Below are positions 12,145-23,800 of a DNA stretch of 64,000 bases, piece after piece. The position numbers and the translations under genes are program-made. Position 1 is the first letter of the stretch; each line of letters opens with the position of its first letter. The notes below the pieces were generated by a model, which did no database searches, was not told where the DNA came from, and worked only from the letters and a program-made list of their open reading frames with translations. This DNA is from Lingula anatina (Eukaryota > Animalia > Brachiopoda). The stretch is from assembly GCA_051362555.1 (NCBI GenBank), contig CM120641.1:3286001-3350000 (forward strand), read 5' to 3'.

Positions 12145-14956
12145 ACTCTGAAAAAGTAAAGGGAAACACAATTCAACATAACTTTAAGTATAAATCTTTG
12201 TACAGTTAACAAAACGTCTTTTCTTCGTCTTCTAGGGTATGACATTAGATCACTAGCCGTCTCATTCACTCACCACTACGTACATTAACTTTTCAATCAG
12301 TGATCAGAAGTCTTCAGAGACAGACCGACCAAATTATTTTCGACATTATAAACTACTATATATTTATATGTATACTGCATGAATATACAAGATGAAGCAT
12401 ATAATAATAATTTGTTATGAGTGATTCCTATGGCAAGAAATATTGAAGCCAATTAAAATACATTTACTTAACTGAGGCCGATTTTAACTTAAACCAAGGA
12501 TATGAAGCCATTTATGAAGTTACTCAGTCCTAGGACCCAAAATAAGACTGGACACATTTATTGGATCCTAGCCCAATCCTTTTAAACCTGAAAGCATTCT
12601 ATAAAACATTGAATTTAGTTTTATCCAATGAATAACATACATTTAAAGATTCAGGCAATGTGATTGTAAATCAGACAAGTAATAATTTTACTAAACTTTG
12701 ACATAACTTGATTGAAAACAAGTTTCTAAGATGTAATTTTTTCCATAAAATCCCCACTATGATACAACAATTGAAAAAGAATCCGAAAAAAAAACACACC
12801 CTAGCTGTTAATTAATATAAATGTGATATACACCGCCGTTTTTAATTGGAGGAGAATATTTGAATAATAATCCCAGCTGATAAATTCCATTCTGCAGCGT
12901 CTAAAAGAACAACCACAAGTTCATTCAATTGAACGTATATCAATTCAAAGACCTACTATCGGAACGAATACAACCGTATGTAGACGAATCACCTTGGAAA
13001 ATAGTCCCAAATTTGCCCTTTTTAGGTCCGACCAAACATTGTCTAAACTGAATGCATTGAGAGCGCTAATCAAATATCGTGTTTTAAGGTGATGCCCATG
13101 TCAGGTTCACGTATCGTTAAAGTCATCTGTAAGCCACAATTAAAGATAACACCATATAATAATAATAATGAGATATGTAAATGTCTCAAAAGTCATCGAC
13201 TTTCTCACTATTGAAGATGCTTTCTTTTTCCGATGGTCAGTATATTTACACAGACTACATGCCTATGCCGAACTACTGAAATCCAAGTAGTGTCACGTAC
13301 ACGGTGTACTTAGTGCGAACAAGGACGAATAATACCCATCGTCCATGGTTGTGGTTAACTAGAATTCCCGGTCTCTGTGGTTCACATATTGTGGGTTTAG
13401 TCCAAATCAGTGTTTGACATTTTGCTCATTTTGTGACATGAATCTTACACCGCCGAATACACCCCCTTGCTCTCTCTGTTCTGAAAATCTACTCGAAACA
13501 CATACCTTTACCCATCAGGTTCACAACGATCTCTACTCACCTCTACAATTAAAATTAGATGAGAATACAAAGCTGTTGACACTTGGTTTTAAGGACCGTC
13601 TCACACACGTGCGAGACAGGTACTGTGAGCAACTGGCTTTCATTTCCGCGTTTTTATCCTCGTGATTACGTCGCGGACAAAGGTGTACCCCGGCGAACTG
13701 TAATCATGAAGTCGGTGGCACGAGATAGGCTCCCACTAAAGACAGTTTCCAAATGCCCTGCAAAATCATTGTAATTATCATAATTTGTCAGGCATATCTG
13801 ACTGAAGTAATTACTATGTTCATACTCCGTTGTTTTCTACATTGCAGAATTTCATTGGAGCATATAGCTGTATTTTTACATTGAAGCTGTGATGTTAATC
13901 TTGATTATAATACATAATATGTTCTAGTGGGCGTACATGGAGACATAGGGTCAATTATGCCACTTGTTTACTCGAACAAAAGTTGTCTTTTTATACTGAA
14001 ACACTTACATTAGTCTTCAACGGGATTTCTATGCATCAATCAAAGAAAGCGTGAGTCACGCCGCACCCCAATTACAACACACCACAAGTAAATCATTAAA
14101 AAACACTAGTGCATTGTGTCTGCATCCTATCCAATCAAGATACATGTAACTTGCTTTCAGTTAACGTAGTCATCTTATTTGCATTTTTCCACAAGTCTTC
14201 CTCAAGTTAATTTCACTGCAACAGACAAGCTTAATTGATAAGTGCCGCTTCGTGCAATGAACATGCTCCCGAGCTTCCCTAGTATACATGGCCTAGTAAT
14301 TTTTTTCCGCATTTCAAAGGAAGTTACAAAGACAAATGTATTTCTAAAAACAAGTGTCTCGCAAAAGCAGAATTTATCGTAAAAAAAAAAGAGGAAAAGT
14401 GGAGTAACCCGGGATGACCGAAGACTCCCCATAAGGTGCCTTATGTGCCACTGCGGCGTGAGGAGGATAATGAATCCACAATAACGGAGTAACCGTGGGT
14501 ATGAAACAAGAGCCTTTTTTCTTTTTATGAAACAGACGCAATGTTTTATGTTGATCATTCCTGGTTCATTTTGGTCCAAAGTAGACCAACCTTTTGTCTT
14601 AATTATTTAGTCCATGGTTACTGACAAAGTGAAAATGCTTGAGTAAAGGAGCTTTACATGATGTGAAGTCAGCACGAAGCATTTCAACTGGCCTCTCCAT
14701 GAGATTTTTGTCTTCTGAAACCACTTCATCTCATTTTTTTTTTTTTTTTTGTAGGATGACCCGCGGTAAAGGCATATCCTATAGGCCTACATTTGAAATA
14801 GAAGAATTTAAGTACCCCTGCTTAAAATTCACTTTCTGCACAAAATGCAAATTCAAGGATTGCTCACACGTGTGAACTTGAATGTTGGTCGTATAAAAAT
14901 AGTGGTCTTTAAAACCCATATTTCTGGGTTACTACTTAATTTAGACTTTGATACTG

Positions 14957-15003
14957 AGAGAGAGAGAGAGAGAGAGAGAGAGTAGGGGAGAGAGAGAGAG
15001 AGA
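14957..15003. repeat. Interrupted (GA)n microsatellite
   Basis: Read directly from the sequence. Confidence 0.95.
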
Positions 15004-15610
15004 GGCGGTCGGTTAGTATGTAAAATGGGTGTGGAATCCCAAAATTCTTAAATTTGTAGTGTCTCCCTAACTTCAGTGTTTTTATGAAAGGAGCACACTA
15101 CGAGCACATTCTTTTCCTTGATAAAAACAACTGTGTGACAACAAAAGCGTAATCACATCATCACATCCAAGTTCATTGCTGAGGACAAAATGTATTCATC
15201 CATACAAGAGGTAAAACATAGCATACAATGAGTAGAAAATTTAGCGGCTGATGTTTCAGTGAAATTTAACTGAAATGCGTTAGAGAAGACAGTCTTGGCA
15301 TCATGTCCAACACAACTAAAAAAAAGTGGTTACGGAAAATGGGGCTGGTTAGGATTATTATATCGAACACTATTAACATTCAAGAGGAACGTTGAGACCA
15401 CCATTTCCTCCTGTAAATTTCACAAGGAAATATTTATATCAGGTACTTTAATTTTTTAAATGATTTTTCAAGTGCTGAATTGGGAAAGTTACTTTGTTTT
15501 GCAGGATATGTAGGCATAAGAAATATGACTTTGTGGCATTTTTAAACGTGTACAGTATGCATTCAACATTTAACCCTAGCAGCCCTTATCGGAAAAAGAG
15601 ACTTTCCAAC

Positions 15611-15841
15611 TTGCCTCAGTTTTAGGCCTTACCTACAGTAAGAACCTAGCATCTAAGGCCTTACCTGCAGTAAGAACCTAGCATCTAAGGCCTTACCTGC
15701 AGTAAGAACCTAGCATCTAAGGCCTTACCTGCAGTAAGAACCTAGCATCTAAGGCCTTACCTTCTCTAAGAATCTAGCAGCTACCTAGTAAGGCCTTACC
15801 AAGAGTAAGAACCCAACATCTAAGGCCGAAGACTGAGGTAA
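15611..15841. repeat. 32-bp tandem repeat (about 6 units) bracketed by 21-bp imperfect inverted repeats; MITE-like
   Basis: Unit aaggccttacctgcagtaagaacctagcatct, with 4 near-perfect and 2 degenerate copies. Ends ttgcctcagttttaggcctta (15611-15631) and taaggccgaagactgaggtaa (15821-15841) match at 18/21 as reverse complements. Confidence 0.8.
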
Positions 15842-16119
15842 TAAAACTGAGGTAACCTTAGAACCTACTCGTCGATGATGGTCTCCCACTGCTTAGGCTA
15901 CAGATTGTATGTTAACAACAAAAATTCGAGACAAACTCTCAGATATGAACTAAGGAAACAAACAAAAAACTACACTACACATACATTTGGTTATTCACAA
16001 CGTTCAAATCGTATCCTGATAATTTTAAGGTGTCACACAGCTGAGGCAACAGGCGAGTAGACCCGGTTGTAATGACACATTGATGAAGACAATTCAATAA
16101 ATATAGCCCCCCCCCCCCA

Positions 16120-16121
<2 letters not shown>

Positions 16122-16163
<42 letters not shown>
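16122..16163. repeat. (CA)n microsatellite
   Basis: Read directly from the sequence. Confidence 0.95.
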
Positions 16164-16165
<2 letters not shown>

Positions 16166-16592
16166 TATGCCTGCGGACTGTTCGTGTCTGGTAGACACTC
16201 AAAGTCATTGTTAGAATTATCACGGTACAAAGCGAACAATCGTCAACATTCCCCAGAGTTTGTGATAATAAGTAAAAAACAACCATTTCTCATTTTTTTT
16301 CTATTAAACAAATGCAAGTGTCTGTTTATTTGACTATTATGGATTTAGATTGGGTGCAAGAAGACTAAATATTTAGCTTTAATATATCCTTTTGTGAAAC
16401 CGATGCCTCAGAGTTATAATTTATTAATTATTTTCGAAAAATATGAGTTTGAGTTTCTAGAATGCCTATTACAGGATCATTTATGTAATTAAACGAGGAG
16501 GCAGGTAACCCCTCATCAGCGCAACAAACTGTCCTGTCACGTGTGTTAATCGCATTTGTTCTTAGTTTGATGTAGCTGTGAACGAAAATTAA

Positions 16593-16893
16593 AGGGATAA
16601 TAACTCGTCGTATGAGATTTATATTTCACAATAAAAACATTGTGAATAAATCATAGAAATATAATATATTCTGTTTTACCACAAAAATGGCAGTTATAGC
16701 TATTATTCTGATATCTGAGCTTGTCTTTAGACCACTTGACCTCCATTGATGGCTATACCAAACTTTTTAGAAAAAAAACAGGGACTAACTTTGAATGTAA
16801 AAATGGATTCATTAACCATTGGTAAGTATGGGAAAATTGTTGTTTACTCCAGGAAAATTCATTTTTTGGCCGAAACGAAGAGTTATTATCCCT
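16593..16893. mobile_element. About 300-bp non-autonomous TIR element (Kolobok-like MITE)
   Basis: Perfect inverted repeat taaagggataataactc (16590-16606) / gagttattatcccttta (16880-16896), extending inward with one mismatch. Parses as TTAA|AGGG...CCCT|TTAC; a TTAA target and 5'-RR termini are Kolobok hallmarks, and the right TSD has one mismatch. Confidence 0.65.
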
Positions 16894-17194
16894 TTACGAA
16901 AAAAAATACAGAAAGTGATGATTTATCCGCTCAAAATTATATTTTATTATATTTTTAAAAATTATTTAATCAAATTTGTTGAATAATTTTCTAAATTTTA
17001 CACGTGCATAGTTGACACTATTAGATCGATATTAAAGTTTTAAGAATGGCAGGTAGGCCTACCCATGTTACCTACTCTGAAACAAGTACAAAATATCTCC
17101 AAAAAAAAAAAAAAATAATAAATAATAATAAAAATGATAATAATAAATAAGAGTCTAACCTGTTTTTTAGCAGAGTGATATTTTAGACCGTAAT

Positions 17195-17248
17195 ACGTAA
17201 CGTTGTGGACGTAATCATCATTGTGACGTCATATTTACGTCAACGTTA
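17195..17248 (+). promoter_or_regulatory. CRE/ATF-site cluster upstream of the HhH-CaaX gene
   Basis: Perfect TGACGTCA at 17224-17231, TTACGTCA at 17236-17243, and six ACGT cores within about 55 bp. Followed by CAAAATGGCGG (YY1-like) at about 17297. Confidence 0.55.
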
Positions 17249-17341
17249 TCCTATGCTTAGAGCTGCGTTGATGTCACTTGCCCTAACGACGGAACTCAAA
17301 ATGGCGGTTAATAAACCGTCACCGCCAGTTTTTTGATAGAA

Positions 17342-19015
17342 ATGGACGTAGCCAAGAAACTTGACTTAAATTACTGTACAGTCCGTAACCTAACTTCCCG
17401 AGGGGTAAGTGTAGAGATAGCCCAGTCAATAGTTCATTACCGCAAACGACATCATTTATTTCAACACATAGACGGATTATGGAAAATACCAGGAATGAAC
17501 AGAGATTTATTCAATTATTTAAAACATGTTGCATATATACCAAATGAGGGCGTTCTTGCTATCGGTTCAAAGATACCATACGAAGTAACCCAGTCAGATA
17601 TCTACAGCAAAGATTCGACAACAAAACACCCAGCTAATCGAAAGTCTGTAGAAAACTACCCAACATCAAAACGAAAAGCGGATCAAAATGAAATTAACAA
17701 GCAGTCAAAAGCAAAAAAGAGAGAAACGCCTCGGCGGATCTGTCGCAATTATCAAAGACAGCCATTTGAAACACCAGTTTGTCAACTTGAAATGTCGCAT
17801 AACGAGAAAACGCCGTTTTTATCAATGGGGGAATGGAAGCCTCAGAAGTTACCAGCACGGATACGAAATAAGAGCACAGGGAAAAGTTCACCTAACGTGC
17901 AGAAACACGACATCCCTGTCCATGTAGAAAGGTCCAAGTCGGGAAAACAAATAAACGTCGTCTGCTACTATGAACAGAATCAGGTTCCTCCAAAAGTCAA
18001 CCTTCAGGTGACGGGCGTTCCAGATACCCGACCATTAGGACAACTTCGCTCTCCAGATCTTACAGGACTCTCCAAAGCGCTTAAAATTACCAGACTATCA
18101 CCTCACAGACACGAAAGGCCCGATGAACCTATAGCTATGGACACGTGTGATGCCCTTGGGAAAGTAATTCCAAATGAGTTTATGGACTACATGCCAACAG
18201 AGAAGAAAACTCAAGCACAGATACTTGCAGTCCAAGGGATGGGACTCGGGGGAGATTTGACTCCTGAAAAAATGAGACGCCTGGACGATCCTCAATGGTC
18301 TCAGAGAAACCCGCACCTCGAGCACGTCGAAAAGTGGCTAGACACTGTAGTCGAAACGAACGTCCCCCGAGAAAGAATTGAATCTGATATCTCTACACCA
18401 CCAAACACTCCTCGACAGAACGAAATGGAGCGGATCGTTATTCCAATCGCAGCAAACACAGACGAAGACCCATCAACAAGTCTCTCCCGGAATTTTACTC
18501 AGTGTGAGGAAAAAGAAAAACGACAGCAACACTACGAATCGGAAGAATCACCTGTGCAAAAGGAACCGCCTCCGAAACGACAGAAAACAACATCAGTACA
18601 CCGGCAAAGAAGGCACCTGAGAAAAGCTAAACGACAATCCAAAACAAAGCTTGAAAAACGGCAGTCCAATTTAAGCCATTTGAGAATACAAGGAAAGACG
18701 CCCTTCAAGCCTCCAAGTGCAGACGCGGGGTGTGCAAGAGACGAGACTTCGCCGCCCAGCCAAGAACGCCACGCAGGTCAGTTTTCTGGGGAACCACAGA
18801 CGCCAACACCTCGCCATCATCCCAGACATCGTCGCTGCCCCTGCAGAGGTAGACATCACTCTCACTGTAAACAGAGACAGACTTTGGAACACGGTCCACA
18901 TCGTCACCATGGCAACCTTCATGGACACGCCCACCATCAGGATTCAAACCCAGGGAACCAAACTGCCGAAGAAGACGTAGAGACGCAGGCTCAAAACATG
19001 TGTAGTATAATGTGA
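17342..19015 (+). CDS. Intronless 557-aa protein: N-terminal tandem helix-hairpin-helix (ComEA/EEPD1-like), disordered basic middle region, His/Arg/Cys-rich segment, C-terminal CaaX (CSIM)
   Basis: 1.7-kb uninterrupted ORF in AT-rich DNA, first in-frame ATG at 17342. LDLNYCTVRNLTSRGVSVEIAQSIVHYRKRHHLFQHIDGLWKIPGMNRDLFNYLK aligns by eye to the ComEA HhH pattern (IDIN.A...L..LPGIG...AQ.I..YR...G.F..IDDL..V.GI....L..LK). Ends NMCSIM-stop. AATAAA at about 19218. Confidence 0.8.
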   Translation: MDVAKKLDLNYCTVRNLTSRGVSVEIAQSIVHYRKRHHLFQHIDGLWKIPGMNRDLFNYLKHVAYIPNEGVLAIGSKIPYEVTQSDIYSKDSTTKHPANRKSVENYPTSKRKADQNEINKQSKAKKRETPRRICRNYQRQPFETPVCQLEMSHNEKTPFLSMGEWKPQKLPARIRNKSTGKSSPNVQKHDIPVHVERSKSGKQINVVCYYEQNQVPPKVNLQVTGVPDTRPLGQLRSPDLTGLSKALKITRLSPHRHERPDEPIAMDTCDALGKVIPNEFMDYMPTEKKTQAQILAVQGMGLGGDLTPEKMRRLDDPQWSQRNPHLEHVEKWLDTVVETNVPRERIESDISTPPNTPRQNEMERIVIPIAANTDEDPSTSLSRNFTQCEEKEKRQQHYESEESPVQKEPPPKRQKTTSVHRQRRHLRKAKRQSKTKLEKRQSNLSHLRIQGKTPFKPPSADAGCARDETSPPSQERHAGQFSGEPQTPTPRHHPRHRRCPCRGRHHSHCKQRQTLEHGPHRHHGNLHGHAHHQDSNPGNQTAEEDVETQAQNMCSIM

Positions 19016-19539
19016 CCTCAGGACCTTGATATATGCTAAATTGGAGCTAATTCTTAAAAGATTGTCTTATCGTATCCAGGTTTTGAATTTAAAGGAAAGA
19101 ATGTGAATCAAGCTTTACAAATGCTTTTTTTCTGTATTTTGGCAACCATGAAGTACCTTTTCAATTATATTTTTTAATATCTTAAGAACGTTTTATTTAC
19201 ACATGTAAAATACCTGAAATAAAACTTAAAATTTTCAATTTTTTCTTTCAAGTGTGAGTTGTGAACTCAAAATTATAATTCACTATCCGAGTTTGTTCTG
19301 TAATGTATTTGGGAGTAGATTAAAATATATATATTGCATCACAAATAACTTTTAAACATAAAAAATGATTTTAAAAAAAAGAAAAAAAAATTGATACCCC
19401 TTGCTAACTATCACTGTTATGTGTTGTCAAAAAATGACGCTAGGTGTCAGCAACCGGAAGCTTTATCTAAAAAGTAAAAATAATTTTAAATTCCAATAAA
19501 ATGATTTTTGTCACGAGAACCTAACTCAGAAATGGCATT

Positions 19540-19592
19540 AATATAATATAATATAATATAATATAATATAATATAATATAATATAATATATA
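19540..19592. repeat. (ATATA)n pentanucleotide repeat
   Basis: Read directly from the sequence. Confidence 0.95.
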
Positions 19593-20494
19593 TTAACTAT
19601 TATATATTTTATTTTTTACGTCGTTGCGTACAACAAACGATAGACTATTAAATTGTGCTGGTCATTTTTCTAGATACATAGATCATGATAGATTTTTCCT
19701 TTGTTTTGCGCCTCATATTGAACTCAGCCAAAGACAGTAATTGTAGGCTAAAATGTCAGTACTACCAATTATCATCACGTATCACTGCATCTACGCACTT
19801 TTTACATCAAACTGCACACCGACACCTGTAATATTGATCAGACAACAGTGCTAGTTATCCCTATACAGCGCTCTGACCATTGTGTGTGAGCGGGCGATGA
19901 TAGATGTTATCACAATCACGTCACAATCATGTCACAAGGATTGGCTTCTCGCGATCTGGTAATCAAACGGTCAAATACGCGACTAAAAACAATATTTACC
20001 AGAGGCCAGCTAATATTTCAATCCCACATGAAATATATCAATGAAAAAAAGTAATGATAAAAATAATTATCATAAACACATTCAAGTTATTCATTGTCGT
20101 AATATGCAAAAATTCTATCTAGACGCGCACTCTTAGCTTTATTTAAAAAACCCCTCAAAGCAAATTGAAAGTTAAGTTTGGCAATTTTAGGACAAACAAA
20201 TGTAAATTTATATTTATTATGTATCAATATTTTTTTATTTATGCACCGGGAAGAAGGAAAAACAAAATATGGGAAAACCCAAGATTCAGTTTGCGGCGAG
20301 CCCACGCTGATAAGTTTTCTGAAGTTTCATCGTTTTCGTAGTGATAGAACGCTACTAATAATTCCTATCTCTTTGGTTTGATTTTCATTAGAAGTACGGA
20401 TTAGTGATTTCTCCCTGTTAATAGTTCTGAGTTGTCCATATATCGTACTAAACTACCATATCACGCTTTCTCGGTCAGAAACCCATATTTATTT

Positions 20495-20748
20495 TGACGT
20501 CATCCTCTAACGTCAAGGGTCAAGTTAATGGCTTCCGGAATGTCACAGCAGAACACGCGACCTACAAAAGTTTTTTTTTCTGATACATGCTTTATTTCAT
20601 TTGATAATACCATCTAAAATAAGGTTATTTTTGCGAAATCATTACTTGAATACATCATTCGTGGAAAATCCACGTTGTCATCATGATTTTATATGTTGTG
20701 GGGAAATTTTCTAGTTCAAAAAATTATCATTAGGTCTTGATGACGTCA
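20495..20748 (+). promoter_or_regulatory. Putative promoter of the UNC5C-like gene with two full CRE sites and Rel/kB-like sites
   Basis: TGACGTCA at 20495-20502 and 20741-20748; GGAAAATCCA at about 20663 and GGGGAAATTTTC at about 20700. Confidence 0.45.
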
Positions 20749-20899
20749 AAGTGTCAAAGAGGAAATATACGGGTCACGAGGTATTTTTAGACTAACAGGA
20801 AAACTCGCCGCTGTAGACGCATTTACTTTTCACAAGCAACAAAGAGAAGACGTACATGATTTAGATTTGTTTAAATTCTACAAGTGGGAAAGACTAGAG

Positions 20900-23800
20900 A
20901 TGAAATGTGTTTCTTGTCAATCGATTCTTGTGGTGAGTTGTACGTTTTCATGAACAGTATTTGAATAATTTAAGTATAATACTCTTTTTTTTTTGTTCAG
21001 CGTCGTGACTTACGCCGTGAGTCAGTAGTTGATTTAGACTTGTCATCTAGACTCCACCCGATTTAACTTGAGAAATTTCATTAATATAAATTTTCCTAAT
21101 TGAAACATTTTAGTAATACTGGGAAAATATTTGCGTGTGTAGTCTAAGGCAAATATACAATATCGGTGTCTCTCTTTTAGGTATTTCTGGTATCTCAAGT
21201 AAGTGGAGGGAAACCTTCAATATTTAGCGTATTTGGCAGCCTGGGTCTCGTACTCCCAGATCAAACACAAATTTACCCAGTTGTAACTGAGAGAGCAGCA
21301 GACCCTCGCCTTCTTAATTTTTCTTCGTCACTGAATACACCAGAAGCCATTTCAACCACGGGTAGTTCTTTAAGTGGGGTTGAAAATAATAACATCACCC
21401 CGTCTAGTCGGCCCGAGGCAATCAGTGCGACGGGAACAGCAGATGTTAGCAGCGAAGCCACAGGTACAGAAAACAAAGCCCCCCTTACAACGACATCAAA
21501 GCCCGCTCACCTGGGTACGACAGGTGGTCAGATAATTGGCTTCACTGCGTCCTCTACATCTGACGGAGTTAACAGCGCCTTAACAATGGAGGATGGCATT
21601 AAGGAGAACAATGACCCTCCCGTAAGTAGCCAGAGTAGTATAAATGAAGACAACCTAACTGGATCGGGCACTCAGAGTTCTGTAGTTAATCAGACTGTTA
21701 ACATGGCCAGTGAGGGAGTCAAGTTAGCCACCAAAGAAGTCCATAATATACTGGGCACTGGCCTGAACCTGTCAGAGTGGACAGTGACCCTGGCGGTCTC
21801 AGGATTTGCCCTTGGGGTTCTCCTCATGTGCCTGGCAGCTTTCTTGATGTACAGAAGAAAGAAGAATAAGTGGAGTGAACGTTATTTTGTAGAAGCACCA
21901 AACCACATCCCCAATGATCTCCGAGATGCGGATTTGCAGTCTATCTTCACAGAGAAATATGGCCGCAGTGAGTGTAAGGATGTGACCCAGGCCTTGCACG
22001 CAATTCCAGAAAACACCCTGCAGATGCAACTCAGCAAGAATATTTACAACCAGACAAAGGATTTTACCAAAGGGGACAAAATCTTTACCACCAATCCCCC
22101 ACTGGAGGCCACAGACATTCAGGGACCAAGGTCAACATACATGGGGACAGAGTCAATTTTCGTGGTCCAGTTTTCTGGAATGGTGACCAGTGAAGGTGGG
22201 ATTATTCAGAGCCCAGAATCTGAGGTGTCCATCCACATTCCTCCTGGGGCTGTTCCTGCAGGCAGGGTCCAGGCCATCCATGTAAACGTGTCACTCAACC
22301 CATGGCCTTTCAATCTCGTCCTTGGTGATGATGAAGTCCAGCTGACTCCTGTCGTGGAGTGTCTAGCTCCAGGTCTCAATAGTTTCCTCAAGCCAGTCAC
22401 AGTGGTCCTGCCGCACCGGGCATATCTACATGACGACCAGTGGTCTATGTGTGTCCAGTACAGCCAGTCTCCAGTAGGAAGTATAATGGCGTGGCATGAT
22501 ATACCAGCTCAGAAAATAAACAACAAGAAACAAGCCATTTCGTACTCTTTCGATGATCGTTATGTCAGGATAAGCACCACACACTTTACAACATACACCT
22601 GCTCAGGCTGTGGCAAGAACAAGAAACTCCGGCTCTCTGCTGTGGCATTTGGCAACTACCAAGATTTCCAGGGACATCAACAAGTGAATTTTAGAACCTA
22701 CATTTGTGATGACTTTGTGGATGCCCAGAAGGTAATTCTTTAATAATTTTTTTGTTTTATAGCTAAAATTTAGACATAAAACCCTTTTTTTAACTGATAA
22801 ACTGATCAAATTTATGGCAAATCAAAAAAGGTTACATATTTGTAATCAGGGATATGTTATATTATTACCAAGACTGGGTGTAACTTTTGTATTATGATGT
22901 AAGATTTTTTTCCCTTTTTTTATCAATACAATCCTCTTGCACACAGATTTATTATAATGATGTTCATAAAGCATATTGTGTGTAGGCTGACTGAATGGTT
23001 CTTATTATTGGACACAATACCTGCCACACCTGTAAAAATATTGTCATCCTCATATTAATCTCTCATGACAACAGTGGACAATTGACTGTAGAGCCACACA
23101 AACATGTTTACCAGCTGAAAGCTCTCTATCTCACAAATCAATAGTCTGTGTACAATTATCCCATCATTTTCGTGGCCTGTATGTAGATTAATTGATTTTT
23201 TATGTCCATGTCAACTTTGTAAACATTTCAGCGGCACGGTATCAGTAGTTGTTTTGATGACCTTAGTAATTTGATGTACATGTATCCGTGTTTTTTTATT
23301 TACCTACCCTTCCCCCCACCTTGTCGAAAAGCAAATGAAAAAAAAAATACACCATTTGATTAACAAATATGTTTTGATTAAAAAGTGTGCTGTGAATAGA
23401 CCCTGTTTCAAATAAGTTCTTTAATTTTACAGAGAATTTTGGAGTTAGAGGGCCCCCTAGGAGGCCGCCAGCGCACCCAGTATCAGCCACTGGTTATGCG
23501 TAATTCCAAGAACTGGGAAATAAAATTGATCAGTGCAGATGATCAGCAGTGGCCTTGGAAATTGCATCATCAAGATGAAGTAACAAAGGTGAATATAAAA
23601 GAAATGTAACTTGTATTTTTAGTATTTATGCTATTTTTTTCAACAAGGATTGAGTGTTTGTTCTGTTTTTTTTTTTTTTTTTCAATTTTTCTGCATTGCA
23701 AAATAATTTTATTTTTCAAGAAAATGGAAAGGTTTTGAACAATGGTAGGCTGTGACCGTGTGTTATTTTCCCATTTTCTTGCCCATTAATCTTTAAGGAA

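Noticed and set aside
11659-12171. 170-aa minus-strand ORF as a separate gene
   Set aside because: It is read-through of two peroxidase exons and the intervening stop-free intron.
15624-15830. CRISPR-like appearance of the 32-bp palindromic repeats
   Set aside because: The units are contiguous with no unique spacers, there are no cas genes, and the context is eukaryotic.
17342-17540. Horizontal transfer of bacterial ComEA
   Set aside because: HhH domains of this type also occur in eukaryotic proteins such as EEPD1. The rest of the protein has eukaryotic signals (NLS, CaaX), and there is no sequence evidence for bacterial origin without a phylogeny.
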